NCBI GenBank assembly: GCA_028710695.1
Contig: JAQTTP010000001.1
Coordinates: 90,001 to 122,000 of the forward strand
Direction of reading: 5' to 3'
Length of the DNA stretch: 32,000 bases
DNA from: Candidatus Iainarchaeum sp.
GTDB taxonomy: Archaea > Iainarchaeota > Iainarchaeia > Iainarchaeales > 0-14-0-20-30-16
This document shows positions 7,964 through 16,942 of the stretch, piece by piece. The first letter of the stretch is position 1. Each line of letters starts with the position of its first letter. Position numbers and translations under genes: made by a program. Below the pieces are notes generated by a model. The model was given only the letters and a program-made list of their open reading frames with translations, was not told the DNA's origin and did no database searches.

Positions 7964-10900
7964 GGGATTTATTTCCGTATTTTTTGTGTTGCTTGTGTTA
8001 GTATCTTTGGCTGTGCTCCCCAATATTGGGGATAATAATTCAGCATTACTATACTTGCCTTTTATAGACCACAATAAAATGAAAACAATTTCTACTAATA
8101 CAACAAAAAATATCATTAATCCATACTCTTCAGATCCAACATATATAACTCAAAAATGTTCTGAGTTGCAAAAAGAAGCCACAAAAAACACAAGTATTGT
8201 TCAACAGATTTCTATTGGAAAAAATGTTTGTGAAGAACAAGATAAAGCAAGTAGTATGTATGAAAAAGGAATTACTGTAAGTTATAATCCAAAAGAAATA
8301 ACAATGTATAAAGAAGATGGAAGTAAATATAATTTATCTAAAGGCTGCCATAGTTTGGAAGATTCTTGTACTTATAACGGATCTACAACTTTAATTGAGT
8401 CTTATTGTGACACAACAAAACAAGTTGTTACATCAAAAGAAATAAAATGCCCAACTGGAATGATTTGTAATAAAGGGGCTTGTATTAAGCCAAGTTGTGG
8501 CGATGGTCTTCTTTTGAGCGGAGAAGACTGTGATGATGGAAATACAATTAATGGAGATGGTTGTGACTCTGGCTGTAAAATTGAAAAGAAACCAATAGAT
8601 TTATATGTTGGAAAAATTGAAAAAGAAGCAATAAGCAAAAAATGTATGAATTATTTTTCTTTTGAAATCTGTAATAGCGGTCCGGGGGCAGTAGCCCAAG
8701 GCTTTAATGTATTACTAAAATCAGAAGATTCAAATGTTGTAATTCCGATAGATATTCAAAAATATGGTGCAATTAATTCCAATGCCTGCATTTTAGTTGA
8801 TGAACCGGGATATGCAAATATAATAGGTTTAAAATTAAACTTGGGAGACTCTGCAAAAATTGAAATATCTGTTGATTATGATAATTTAATTATTGAGGAA
8901 AATGAAAATAATAATTCAAAATCGGAAACTGTATTTTCTGGGTCTGCATATATGTATGATAACACAACAGAATGTGAAACTTCTTGTTATGACTCTGATG
9001 GCGGTTGGCAATACCCCGCATCTATAAATAAAGGAACTTTATTTTTTAATGATCTTTACGAACTTTCAACTACAGAAGACTCCTGTTCTTTATTTGGAAT
9101 AGAACTCACTGAAAAGTTTTGTGGAACTTATAGTTGGAATGGTAAAATAGAAAGCACTTCAAAAGAGATTAGTGTGCCGTGTTATCTGCAAAATAAAAAA
9201 TGTGAAGATGGCAAATGTGTGGATTTAGAATCTGGAGAAAGCAAAAATAATTTATCTTGTATTGAAACAGAAGATTTTGGTATATTTGTTGGTGGAGATA
9301 TAATATTTGGCGATTTTAAGGGGGAAATACATAATCTTGACAGTTCCTGTTTGGAAAGCATTTTGACTTATTATCAATGTGATGATTTACAGCCAATTTT
9401 ATCTGAAAGTGATTGTTGGTATGATAATGCTTTGTGTATTGAAGGAAAATGTGTTCCAGGGGAAATAAATTTTATTTGTGATAAAAAAGATACAAATTAT
9501 TTTAAAAAAGACTTTGCATTTGCTCAAAAAGAAATCAAAGTAGGGGAATTTGTTTCCCCTGTAGACAACAAAGAAATATATGATTCTTGTGTAGAAGATT
9601 ATGGCTCCATTTTACAGGAGGCCTTTTGTGGTAAGGATAATGTGGAGTTTATAGATTATAATTGTGCAGAAATGGGCGCTACTTGTGTTGATGGCGAATG
9701 TAAATTACCGGATTTTAACTTGAAATTTTGTGATGATTATGATCAGGGATTAAATGTTTTTGAAGGCGGCAGCTTATTTTACTGGAACGAATTTGATGTA
9801 CATGGCACTTATAATGATACCTGTGTTGATAAAAATCAAATCCTTGAGCTTTATTGTGACGGTGTAGATTACAAAACGACAATCATAAATTGTAAAGAAT
9901 TTGGTGAAAAATATAGTTGTGTTGATGATTTTTCTAATGCTTTTTGTGGATATCCTGATGAATCAAAAGAAAAATGTGAATCTTTTGATAATGGTGTGGC
10001 ATATACAAACACATACGGAATAACAGAAAGCTTTGGTAATGATTGTATTAATTTTGGCACAAATGACAGTCCCTCATATCAGGAAGTGACATATTTTTGT
10101 AATGGGAATAAAAAAGTAAAAAACCATGTTGACTGTGCCGATGGTCAATCCTGTATGAACTCAGAACACAAATGTAAACCCCTTGTAGAACCAGAATGTT
10201 ATTCGTCAGATGGAAACAATCTTTTTATAAAAGGCAATATTTTTTATGTTGATAAATTTGGAAATAAGGAGTCTAATAATATGGACTGTTGTAAGCCGGG
10301 AACAACCCAATTACAAGAAAGCTATTGTGATGGCACAAATATAGTTAAACAAGAATATGATTGTAAAATATTACTTAATAACCCCGGTGCTGTCTGTTAT
10401 TACGGCAGTGATGAATGTAAGGTTTATGATCTTGCCAAAGATTACTGTAAGGAAACAGAATATGGAATTGAATATGGCGATGGATATAAAATTAGTGAAA
10501 AACATAATATTTGTAGTGACGATATCTGGTCTTTGAAAAACATTGATGATTACTTTTTAGGCGATTATTATTATGCATATAATTGTGATGAAAATTTTGG
10601 ATATGACTTCACGCAAAGCAAAGCATTTGGTAATAACAATATTTGCGTATATAACTTCGTCGATCAAAACGAAATGAAAGTTCTAAATAAAGTAAAAATG
10701 GTTTCGATTGGGGATTATGAAATTAATGATTATATGTTAATATACCCTTTTGAAGGGCTTAATGACTATATCGAAGAATCCGGTATATTTAATTTAAAAA
10801 GCAAACCTTATGGCGAATATAAAACAACAATAAAAAATTATTTAAAAGAGAATATTTCTGGGCTGATTTCAAAGGTCGTCACTGAAAATAACTTTATAGG

Positions 10901-11063
10901 ACTAAAAACTTGTTTGGCTACAGAAAATCCTGCTGTTGTAGATTGCCCCTCCTGTTACACGGATTTTGGTGTAACAAAACAAGAATATTATGAAGATATT
11001 TACAATTTGTTAAATGACGTAAAACCAGAAGGAATAGATGTTTGTGTGCTCCCGAATGAGTAA
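7947..11063 (+). CDS. Giant Cys-rich surface protein 2 (paralogous architecture to the preceding gene)
   Basis: N-terminal TM (GFISVFFVLLVLVSLAVLP); CGDGLLLSGEDCDDGNTINGDGCDSGC; CARDB-like region ending NLIIEENENNNSKSETV; many Cys repeats. Start refined to ATG 7947, inside the 3' end of the upstream gene. Confidence 0.8.
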   Translation: MNVSSKGFISVFFVLLVLVSLAVLPNIGDNNSALLYLPFIDHNKMKTISTNTTKNIINPYSSDPTYITQKCSELQKEATKNTSIVQQISIGKNVCEEQDKASSMYEKGITVSYNPKEITMYKEDGSKYNLSKGCHSLEDSCTYNGSTTLIESYCDTTKQVVTSKEIKCPTGMICNKGACIKPSCGDGLLLSGEDCDDGNTINGDGCDSGCKIEKKPIDLYVGKIEKEAISKKCMNYFSFEICNSGPGAVAQGFNVLLKSEDSNVVIPIDIQKYGAINSNACILVDEPGYANIIGLKLNLGDSAKIEISVDYDNLIIEENENNNSKSETVFSGSAYMYDNTTECETSCYDSDGGWQYPASINKGTLFFNDLYELSTTEDSCSLFGIELTEKFCGTYSWNGKIESTSKEISVPCYLQNKKCEDGKCVDLESGESKNNLSCIETEDFGIFVGGDIIFGDFKGEIHNLDSSCLESILTYYQCDDLQPILSESDCWYDNALCIEGKCVPGEINFICDKKDTNYFKKDFAFAQKEIKVGEFVSPVDNKEIYDSCVEDYGSILQEAFCGKDNVEFIDYNCAEMGATCVDGECKLPDFNLKFCDDYDQGLNVFEGGSLFYWNEFDVHGTYNDTCVDKNQILELYCDGVDYKTTIINCKEFGEKYSCVDDFSNAFCGYPDESKEKCESFDNGVAYTNTYGITESFGNDCINFGTNDSPSYQEVTYFCNGNKKVKNHVDCADGQSCMNSEHKCKPLVEPECYSSDGNNLFIKGNIFYVDKFGNKESNNMDCCKPGTTQLQESYCDGTNIVKQEYDCKILLNNPGAVCYYGSDECKVYDLAKDYCKETEYGIEYGDGYKISEKHNICSDDIWSLKNIDDYFLGDYYYAYNCDENFGYDFTQSKAFGNNNICVYNFVDQNEMKVLNKVKMVSIGDYEINDYMLIYPFEGLNDYIEESGIFNLKSKPYGEYKTTIKNYLKENISGLISKVVTENNFIGLKTCLATENPAVVDCPSCYTDFGVTKQEYYEDIYNLLNDVKPEGIDVCVLPNE

Positions 11064-11081
11064 AGTTCAAGTTAGAACTTT
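11062..11081. terminator. Perfect 7-bp inverted repeat between convergent genes, possible bidirectional 3'-end structure
   Basis: AAAGTTC-AAGTTA-GAACTTT overlaps the stop of protein 2 and lies just before the stop codon of the minus-strand CDC48 gene (11085). Confidence 0.35.
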
Positions 11082-11084
11082 CTA

Positions 11085-13256
11085 CTAAACACCAACATTT
11101 TTCTCGAACTTTCTATAAGTATCTATGACATCTTTTGTTAAACTTGGTTTTGTCTTCTTTAATGCTGCTTTAACATCCTCATCAGTTACTTGAGTATCCT
11201 TCATTCTTGATCTTTCAAGGGCAATCAAAGCGGCTTCTCTTAACAAAGAATTCAAATCAGCACCGGAATAACCATCTGTTTTTTCTGCAAGAGTTTCAAT
11301 AAAAGTCTGCCCTTCTTTTGATAATGGCATTCTAGTAATAATCTTTTTGATTATCTCCTCTCTTGATTTCAAATCTGGTGCAGGAACAAATATAATATTA
11401 TCAAATCTTCCCGGCCTCAAAAGGGCAGGATCAATAATGTCTGGTCTGTTAGTTGCAGCAATAAGTACAACACCCTTTAGTTCAGATAAACCATCCAACT
11501 CAACAAGTAATTGGTTTACAAGCCTTGCACTTACTCCACCATCTGCCATTTGGTCTCTTTTTGGGGCCAAAGCATCAATCTCATCAAAGAATATTACACA
11601 AGGGCTTGTCTGTCTTGCTTTTGTAAAAATTTCTCTAATTGTTTTTTCACTATCTCCAACCCATTTGCTGAAAACTTCTGGGCCTCTAACACTAATAAAA
11701 TTTGCTTCACTTTCATTTGCAATTGCTTTTGCAAGCATTGTTTTTCCTGTTCCTGGCGGGCCATATAATAAAACACCTTTAATTGGGTCTATCCCCATTT
11801 TTCTAAAAGAATCCGCGTGTTGTAAAGGCCATTCTACACTTTTCTTAAGCTGTTCTTTTACTTCTTCTAGGCCCCCAATATCAACCCATGTAACATTTGG
11901 AACTTCTACCATTACCTCTCTTAAGGCGGAAGGTTGTACCTCTTGTAAAGCTTTTGAAAAGTCTAACATAGAAATTTCTATGCTTTCTAAAATATCTGAT
12001 GGAATTGTTTCTTCTTCCATATCAATCTTTGGAAGTATTCTTCTAATTGCTTGCATTGCTGCTTCTTTAACTAAAGCATTTATATCTGCACCAACAAATC
12101 CATGAGTGATTCTTGCCAGCTCTTTTAGGTCAACGTCTTTTCCCAAAGGAACTCCTTTAGTGTGTATATTGAAAACTTCAAATCTTCCATTCTTGTCTGG
12201 AGCATTAATATGTATTTCTCTATCAAATCTTCCTGGTCTTCTTAAAGCAGGATCTAAAGAGTTTGGTCTATTTGTTGCAGCAATAATTATTATGTCTCCT
12301 CTTGCTTCTAGACCATCCATAACACTTAATAGTTGTCCAACTACTCTTCTTCCAACTTCACTTTCAGAGTCATCCCTATTTGATGCGATTGCATCAATTT
12401 CATCAATAAAAATTATTGCAGGAGCATTTTCTTGTGCTTCCTTAAAAATAGTCCTTATTTTTTCTTCTGCACCACCAACATACTTACTCATTATGCTTGG
12501 GCCGTTGATTATACTAAAATTTGCATTAGTTTCATTTGCTATTGCTCTTGCCAATAATGTTTTTCCTGTTCCTGGCGGTCCAAAAAATAAAATTCCTTTT
12601 GGTGGAGCAATTCCCATGGTCCTGAAAATTTCTGGATGTTTTAGTGGCAATTCAACTAATTCTCTTACTTTGCTTAATTGCTTTCCTAAACCACCAATTT
12701 CATTATAACCAATTTTTGAAATGCTTGCAGATTCCAAAGTAATTGGCGTTTCTAATAGTTCAAATAGGGTGCTGTCGCTAACATAAACAAAGCCAGTTGG
12801 ATTTGTTTTTGCAACTGCGTATACCATTGCATTTCCGAATAAAGATAAAAATAATTGGTCTCCAGTATTCAAAGCCTTTCCAAGGTATTGTTTTTTTGCA
12901 ACTCTTGCAAAGTTATTGTTTGGTGGCAATTTCACGTTTTGTGTCGGTGCTAAATAAATTTTGTGTGCTTCTTTAACTGCTGCTTTTTTTACAACTACTG
13001 TGTCCCCAATTGCAACACCCGTATTAAGTCTAATCAGGCTGTCCATTCTTATGAAAGATTCAGCATCGTCTTGTGGTCTTGTTGGCCAAATTTGTGCAAC
13101 AGTTTCTTTACGCCCCTTTATGGAAACAAAGTCTCCAGAAGTTAATCGTAATCTTTCTTTGCTTGTACTATCTAGAGTAATAATATTACGTCCAACTAGA
13201 CTTGGGTCTGCTTCTTTTACCTTAATGATCACTTCACTTAGTTTTGTGTATTCCAT
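11085..13256 (-). CDS. cdc48: CDC48/VCP family AAA+ ATPase
   Basis: N-domain followed by two AAA modules: [22 protein letters not shown]...FIDEIDAIA and [22 protein letters not shown]...[12 protein letters not shown]; SRH motifs in both. Confidence 0.96.
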   Translation of the reverse strand: MEYTKLSEVIIKVKEADPSLVGRNIITLDSTSKERLRLTSGDFVSIKGRKETVAQIWPTRPQDDAESFIRMDSLIRLNTGVAIGDTVVVKKAAVKEAHKIYLAPTQNVKLPPNNNFARVAKKQYLGKALNTGDQLFLSLFGNAMVYAVAKTNPTGFVYVSDSTLFELLETPITLESASISKIGYNEIGGLGKQLSKVRELVELPLKHPEIFRTMGIAPPKGILFFGPPGTGKTLLARAIANETNANFSIINGPSIMSKYVGGAEEKIRTIFKEAQENAPAIIFIDEIDAIASNRDDSESEVGRRVVGQLLSVMDGLEARGDIIIIAATNRPNSLDPALRRPGRFDREIHINAPDKNGRFEVFNIHTKGVPLGKDVDLKELARITHGFVGADINALVKEAAMQAIRRILPKIDMEEETIPSDILESIEISMLDFSKALQEVQPSALREVMVEVPNVTWVDIGGLEEVKEQLKKSVEWPLQHADSFRKMGIDPIKGVLLYGPPGTGKTMLAKAIANESEANFISVRGPEVFSKWVGDSEKTIREIFTKARQTSPCVIFFDEIDALAPKRDQMADGGVSARLVNQLLVELDGLSELKGVVLIAATNRPDIIDPALLRPGRFDNIIFVPAPDLKSREEIIKKIITRMPLSKEGQTFIETLAEKTDGYSGADLNSLLREAALIALERSRMKDTQVTDEDVKAALKKTKPSLTKDVIDTYRKFEKNVGV

Positions 13257-13277
13257 TTTTTGTCACTCTCTTATATT

Positions 13278-13688
13278 TCACTTCTTATTTTTTATTAAGG
13301 CGTAAGTCAGCCACCCAAGGAATGCTCCAATTATAAAATAGACATAAGGGGTTGTAGCCATATATGTTAGCCAGTTTATATTGAGTTGGCCGAATATCTC
13401 TGAAAATTTAACACTTGAGAATATTGCTCTTTCTCCAAAATAGATTAGGAATGCAAGGTAAAACCCCAAAAATAGGAATACAATAAGGATAATCCCGTTG
13501 TAATACTCCTTGAAATTGTACTTTACAACCTTTTCAAGATATATAAATATAATAAATATCAATAAAAAAGATATTCCTGGCATGATGTAGTAAAGGACAC
13601 TATTGAATTTTGCAGTAAGCCCAACCAAACTAAGAACAACAGAAATAACATAAGTTACTATTAACCCGAATATTGCGTATAAATACAT
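13278..13688 (-). CDS. Hypothetical multi-TM membrane protein
   Basis: About four hydrophobic segments, located directly upstream of cdc48 on the same strand. Confidence 0.6.
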   Translation of the reverse strand: MYLYAIFGLIVTYVISVVLSLVGLTAKFNSVLYYIMPGISFLLIFIIFIYLEKVVKYNFKEYYNGIILIVFLFLGFYLAFLIYFGERAIFSSVKFSEIFGQLNINWLTYMATTPYVYFIIGAFLGWLTYALIKNKK

Positions 13689-13762
13689 TTTAGTCCCTCT
13701 TTTTTATCAATATAAAAACAAAGAGCATTTTCTTTTTAATCTTATTGTGCCTCTGTGTTAAT

Positions 13763-14725
13763 ATGCTTAAAGAAAACCTGCCATGGATCGAGAAGTATAG
13801 GCCGGATTCTCTGAAGGACGTAGTAGGCCATTCAGGGATAATTGATAGGCTTAGAAGCTATGTGAAACTTAACAGGGTTCCAAATATGCTTTTCACAGGT
13901 TCTGCAGGTATTGGAAAGACAAGTTCAGCCATAGCTCTGGCTAAAGATCTATTTGGCGAGCATTATGACAGGAACTTTCTGGAATTAAATGCCTCTGATG
14001 ATAGGGGTATTGATGTTGTAAGAAACACAATCAAAGAGTTTGCAAGAACCCTTCCTTTTAATTCAGACTATAAACTGATTTTCTTAGATGAGGCAGACTC
14101 TCTAACTGCGGATGCCCAACAGGCATTAAGAAGAACAATGGAAAGGTATGTAAAGACCAGCCGTTTTATTTTGTCTTGTAATTATTCTAGCAGAATTATA
14201 GAGCCAATCCAAAGCAGGTGTGTTGTATTTAGATTTAAGCCTTTGGAAAAAGAAGTAATAATTTCAAAACTTGGAGAAATCGGAAAAATAGAAAAACTTA
14301 TTTTTGAAAAGGAATCATTAGACTCTTTGTTTTATGTTTCGCAAGGAGACTTAAGAAAAGCAATTAACATCCTTCAATCTACTGCATCGTTAGACCCAAA
14401 CATAAAAACAGAAGATATCTTTAAAGTAAGTTCAAGAGCAAGGCCTGAAGAAATGAAAGAAGTAATTATTGAATCTTACAAAGGCAATTTCAAAACTGCA
14501 AGAGAATTGTTATACAAACTTATGTTTGATTATGGAATGTCCGGCGAAGATATCATTGGTCAGATATACACTGAGTTAATTGATTACGACGAAAGTAAAA
14601 TTGCTTTAGAAGATAAAATAGAATTAATAAAAATTTTAGGAGAAACTAATTTTAGAATTACACAAGGTGCAACAGAAAGAATCCAAATAGAAGCAATGCT
14701 TGCAATGTTTTATTTAAAGAAGTAA
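13763..14725 (+). CDS. rfcS: Replication factor C small subunit
   Basis: LPWIEKYRPDSLKDVVGH, TGSAGIGKTSSAIALAKDL, LNASDDRGIDVVRNTIKEFA, FLDEADSLTADAQQALRRTME, SRC motif IQSRCVVFRF. Start refined from TTG 13745 to ATG 13763. Confidence 0.96.
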   Translation: MLKENLPWIEKYRPDSLKDVVGHSGIIDRLRSYVKLNRVPNMLFTGSAGIGKTSSAIALAKDLFGEHYDRNFLELNASDDRGIDVVRNTIKEFARTLPFNSDYKLIFLDEADSLTADAQQALRRTMERYVKTSRFILSCNYSSRIIEPIQSRCVVFRFKPLEKEVIISKLGEIGKIEKLIFEKESLDSLFYVSQGDLRKAINILQSTASLDPNIKTEDIFKVSSRARPEEMKEVIIESYKGNFKTARELLYKLMFDYGMSGEDIIGQIYTELIDYDESKIALEDKIELIKILGETNFRITQGATERIQIEAMLAMFYLKK

Positions 14726-14739
14726 GGTGACTATTTAAT

Positions 14740-15933
14740 ATGCCTGAAAAAAGACCTGCTCAGACAACATATAATAGGTTAAAAGAACTTTATATACGGA
14801 CAGATCGAAGTACAAAGGATCATAGTGCCGGAGAACACCTGAAACAAAGAATAGAAGAACAAATTTTGAAATTGCAAAAACGAAGAAAAGCCGAAGATCA
14901 ATATGATTTTAAATTTATAAAACTTAAAGAAATGCAAGAAAAAAGAAGACGAGAAGAATTAGTTATTGAAAGTGCTAGGCGACAAATTGCAAAAGCACTT
15001 TTTTCTCTTCGCCGTCCAGAAAATGTCTTGAAACTTTTTGAACAAGCAGCAAAAAGATTAGAAAAATATTATCCTGATTTTGAAACAAAACACAAACCGA
15101 GAATATATGAATTCCTGTATGCTTTTGTAGATAATCAAACAAAGCATATGGCAAGGCAACTAAATCATTTTTTTGGAAACTATCGGCAAAAAGAAGTTAC
15201 TACTAAAGAGATAACAGTTGCTAATTTTGTAATTGACTTGTTTGAACAATATATGTATACTACGCACGGCAGCGCCGAATCATTTCATCTGTCTCCAATG
15301 TACAATGATTCTGCACGTTTAGCAAGATTTTATTCTAACCCTTTTATCCACCTTGCAAGACGAGCAATAACAAAACTTAGGGCTGGATCAACAAAAGAAT
15401 TAGAACATTTTGTTTTTTTGTGGGCTAGTTTTTGTAAAAACGGAAAGTCATTTACAAAAGAAGAGATGCTCTTAAAGGTTCGGGCCTTGCGGGATCAACT
15501 GTTAGTAAAAGGTACTGTTGCTGGAGTGTATTCTGAAGATTTAAAAGCACAAGGCATATTTGATCCAACTGGGGGGCAAGTAATTGCTCATGAATTGGTG
15601 CATCAATTGTATCATGAGATTGGAACTAAACCGCCTAGCACACACTCTGGCTGTTTTATTCTTGAAGCAAGAACGGAATCTTTGGCAACCCTAATTTACG
15701 TATATGCTTTGGGGCAAGAATCAAAATTTAGGGGCCGGCTTGATCTTTCCGTTGATATGACACACCCTAATTCAAATCTGTCATTAGCGATGGCAAAAGG
15801 AAATGGTTACAATGAATATGAACTTGGATATCATTCTGCTATTGATTTTTGTGAATCTGTAAAGTATGATAAGGAAAAAATCAAAGAAAGAATTTTTTTA
15901 GAATTTAAAAAATTGTTTGACTATAAAAACTAA
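14740..15933 (+). CDS. Uncharacterised protein with zincin-like HExxH motif
   Basis: GGQVIAHELVHQLYHEIG (HExxH) followed by FILEARTESLATLIY supplying candidate Glu ligands; basic helical N-terminus. RBS-like GGTGA at ~14726. Confidence 0.6.
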   Translation: MPEKRPAQTTYNRLKELYIRTDRSTKDHSAGEHLKQRIEEQILKLQKRRKAEDQYDFKFIKLKEMQEKRRREELVIESARRQIAKALFSLRRPENVLKLFEQAAKRLEKYYPDFETKHKPRIYEFLYAFVDNQTKHMARQLNHFFGNYRQKEVTTKEITVANFVIDLFEQYMYTTHGSAESFHLSPMYNDSARLARFYSNPFIHLARRAITKLRAGSTKELEHFVFLWASFCKNGKSFTKEEMLLKVRALRDQLLVKGTVAGVYSEDLKAQGIFDPTGGQVIAHELVHQLYHEIGTKPPSTHSGCFILEARTESLATLIYVYALGQESKFRGRLDLSVDMTHPNSNLSLAMAKGNGYNEYELGYHSAIDFCESVKYDKEKIKERIFLEFKKLFDYKN

Positions 15934-16149
15934 CAATCGTATCTTCTTGCGCTATTTTTGGACAGCCAACATTGCGATAATGCCTGCAGAATAAGTTTAA
16001 AACTACATAAAAAGATAGAAACATTTATATATAAAGTCTGGGTATCTTCTGTATATTTTTTAAATAAAAATATATTTGGCAGTTGGTAAAATTGTTTTTG
16101 CACAATTGCTGGACAGCATTATAATTAAAAGAAAGGGGGGAAGATTAAG

Positions 16150-16266
16150 ATGCCTGCAAAGAAAAAAGTTGTAAAAAAGAAAGTAGCTAAGAAAGTAGTA
16201 AAGAAAAAGACAGTAAAGAAAGTAGTAAAAAAGGCTAAGAAAACAGTAAAAAAGAAAAAGAAATAA
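16150..16266 (+). CDS. 38-aa Lys/Val-rich polybasic protein, histone-H1-tail-like
   Basis: Hand translation: MPAKKKVVKKKVAKKVVKKKTVKKVVKKAKKTVKKKKK*. Preceded by AAGGGGGGAAG (RBS-like) and followed by a hairpin/poly-T. Not in the ORF track (below size cutoff). Confidence 0.65.
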   Translation: MPAKKKVVKKKVAKKVVKKKTVKKVVKKAKKTVKKKKK

Positions 16267-16275
16267 AATTAACAT

Positions 16276-16307
16276 GGGCCTTTGATTAAGGCCCGCCTAA
16301 TTTTTTT
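16276..16307 (+). terminator. Terminator-like hairpin and T-tract
   Basis: GGGCCTT-TGATT-AAGGCCC (7-bp perfect stem, 5-nt loop) followed by GCCTAATTTTTTT. Confidence 0.55.
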
Positions 16308-16418
16308 AATAATTTCAAAACAAAAAGACAAACTAGATTAATATAAAAGTCACAGATTAAACTTTAGCCCTACTTGTAAAAAAAGAAAAAAAAGAAATCA
16401 AGACCTTTGGTCCTGACT

Positions 16419-16823
16419 TTATATGCTAAACTTGTTTCCGAACTTTCCAAATATTGGAAGTTCTTTCTGCTTATCTGTGGCAGCAGTAATTATTCCAATT
16501 ATACAAAAGATAAGTGGAACGTAGTACAATATGCTTAATATTGTAAACAATACTAACCATGCGCCCGGAATTAAAATGAATATACTTCCCAAGATTGCCA
16601 TAATAATTCCTAATATTATGCTATATATTATTGAGGCAATAAGCAGAACGATTCCTTGTTTAACATGGAACTTTACATACTCATCCTTTTTTGCTTCTTC
16701 GTCAACAAAATACCAGATAATACCAATTAGTATGTATGCAAGTACTGATATTGCGATTCTGTTTTCGAAAGTTTTAGTTTCAGTTTTTTTAACTTCTTTT
16801 GCTTTTACTATTTTTTCAGCCAT
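16419..16823 (-). CDS. Small membrane protein, DUF4870/Tic20-like
   Basis: DEYVKFHVKQGIVLLIASIIYSIILGIIMAILG...WLVLFTILSILYYVPLIFCIIGIITAATDKQKELPIFG: FHxxQG motif and three-TM pattern of this family. Confidence 0.6.
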   Translation of the reverse strand: MAEKIVKAKEVKKTETKTFENRIAISVLAYILIGIIWYFVDEEAKKDEYVKFHVKQGIVLLIASIIYSIILGIIMAILGSIFILIPGAWLVLFTILSILYYVPLIFCIIGIITAATDKQKELPIFGKFGNKFSI

Positions 16824-16942
16824 GACATGACCCCCGTTTCAATAGAATAGTTATATCTAATATAAACTATAACATTTATATATTAATTCAAGTTATTTAT
16901 AATGTTTGTTATGTTTACAGTCTGGTCTTATTTATATCTCGG

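Noticed and set aside
11347-12708. Long plus-strand ORFs (252 aa at 11347..12105 and 200 aa at 12106..12708)
   Set aside because: Antisense to the clearly conserved cdc48 gene; products are Ser/Pro/Ile-rich reverse-complement artefacts without recognisable motifs.
12961-13305. Plus-strand ORF 114 aa
   Set aside because: Antisense to the N-domain of cdc48, with no motif.
16150-16266. Dismissing the A/G-rich (AAGAAA) tract as simple low-complexity repeat
   Set aside because: It keeps an open frame with ATG, an RBS-like sequence, a stop and a following hairpin, so I kept it as a probable small CDS with moderate confidence.
16531-16830. Plus-strand ORF 99 aa opposite the DUF4870/Tic20-like gene
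   Set aside because: The minus-strand protein has coherent TM and FHVKQG motifs; the plus ORF is its shadow.
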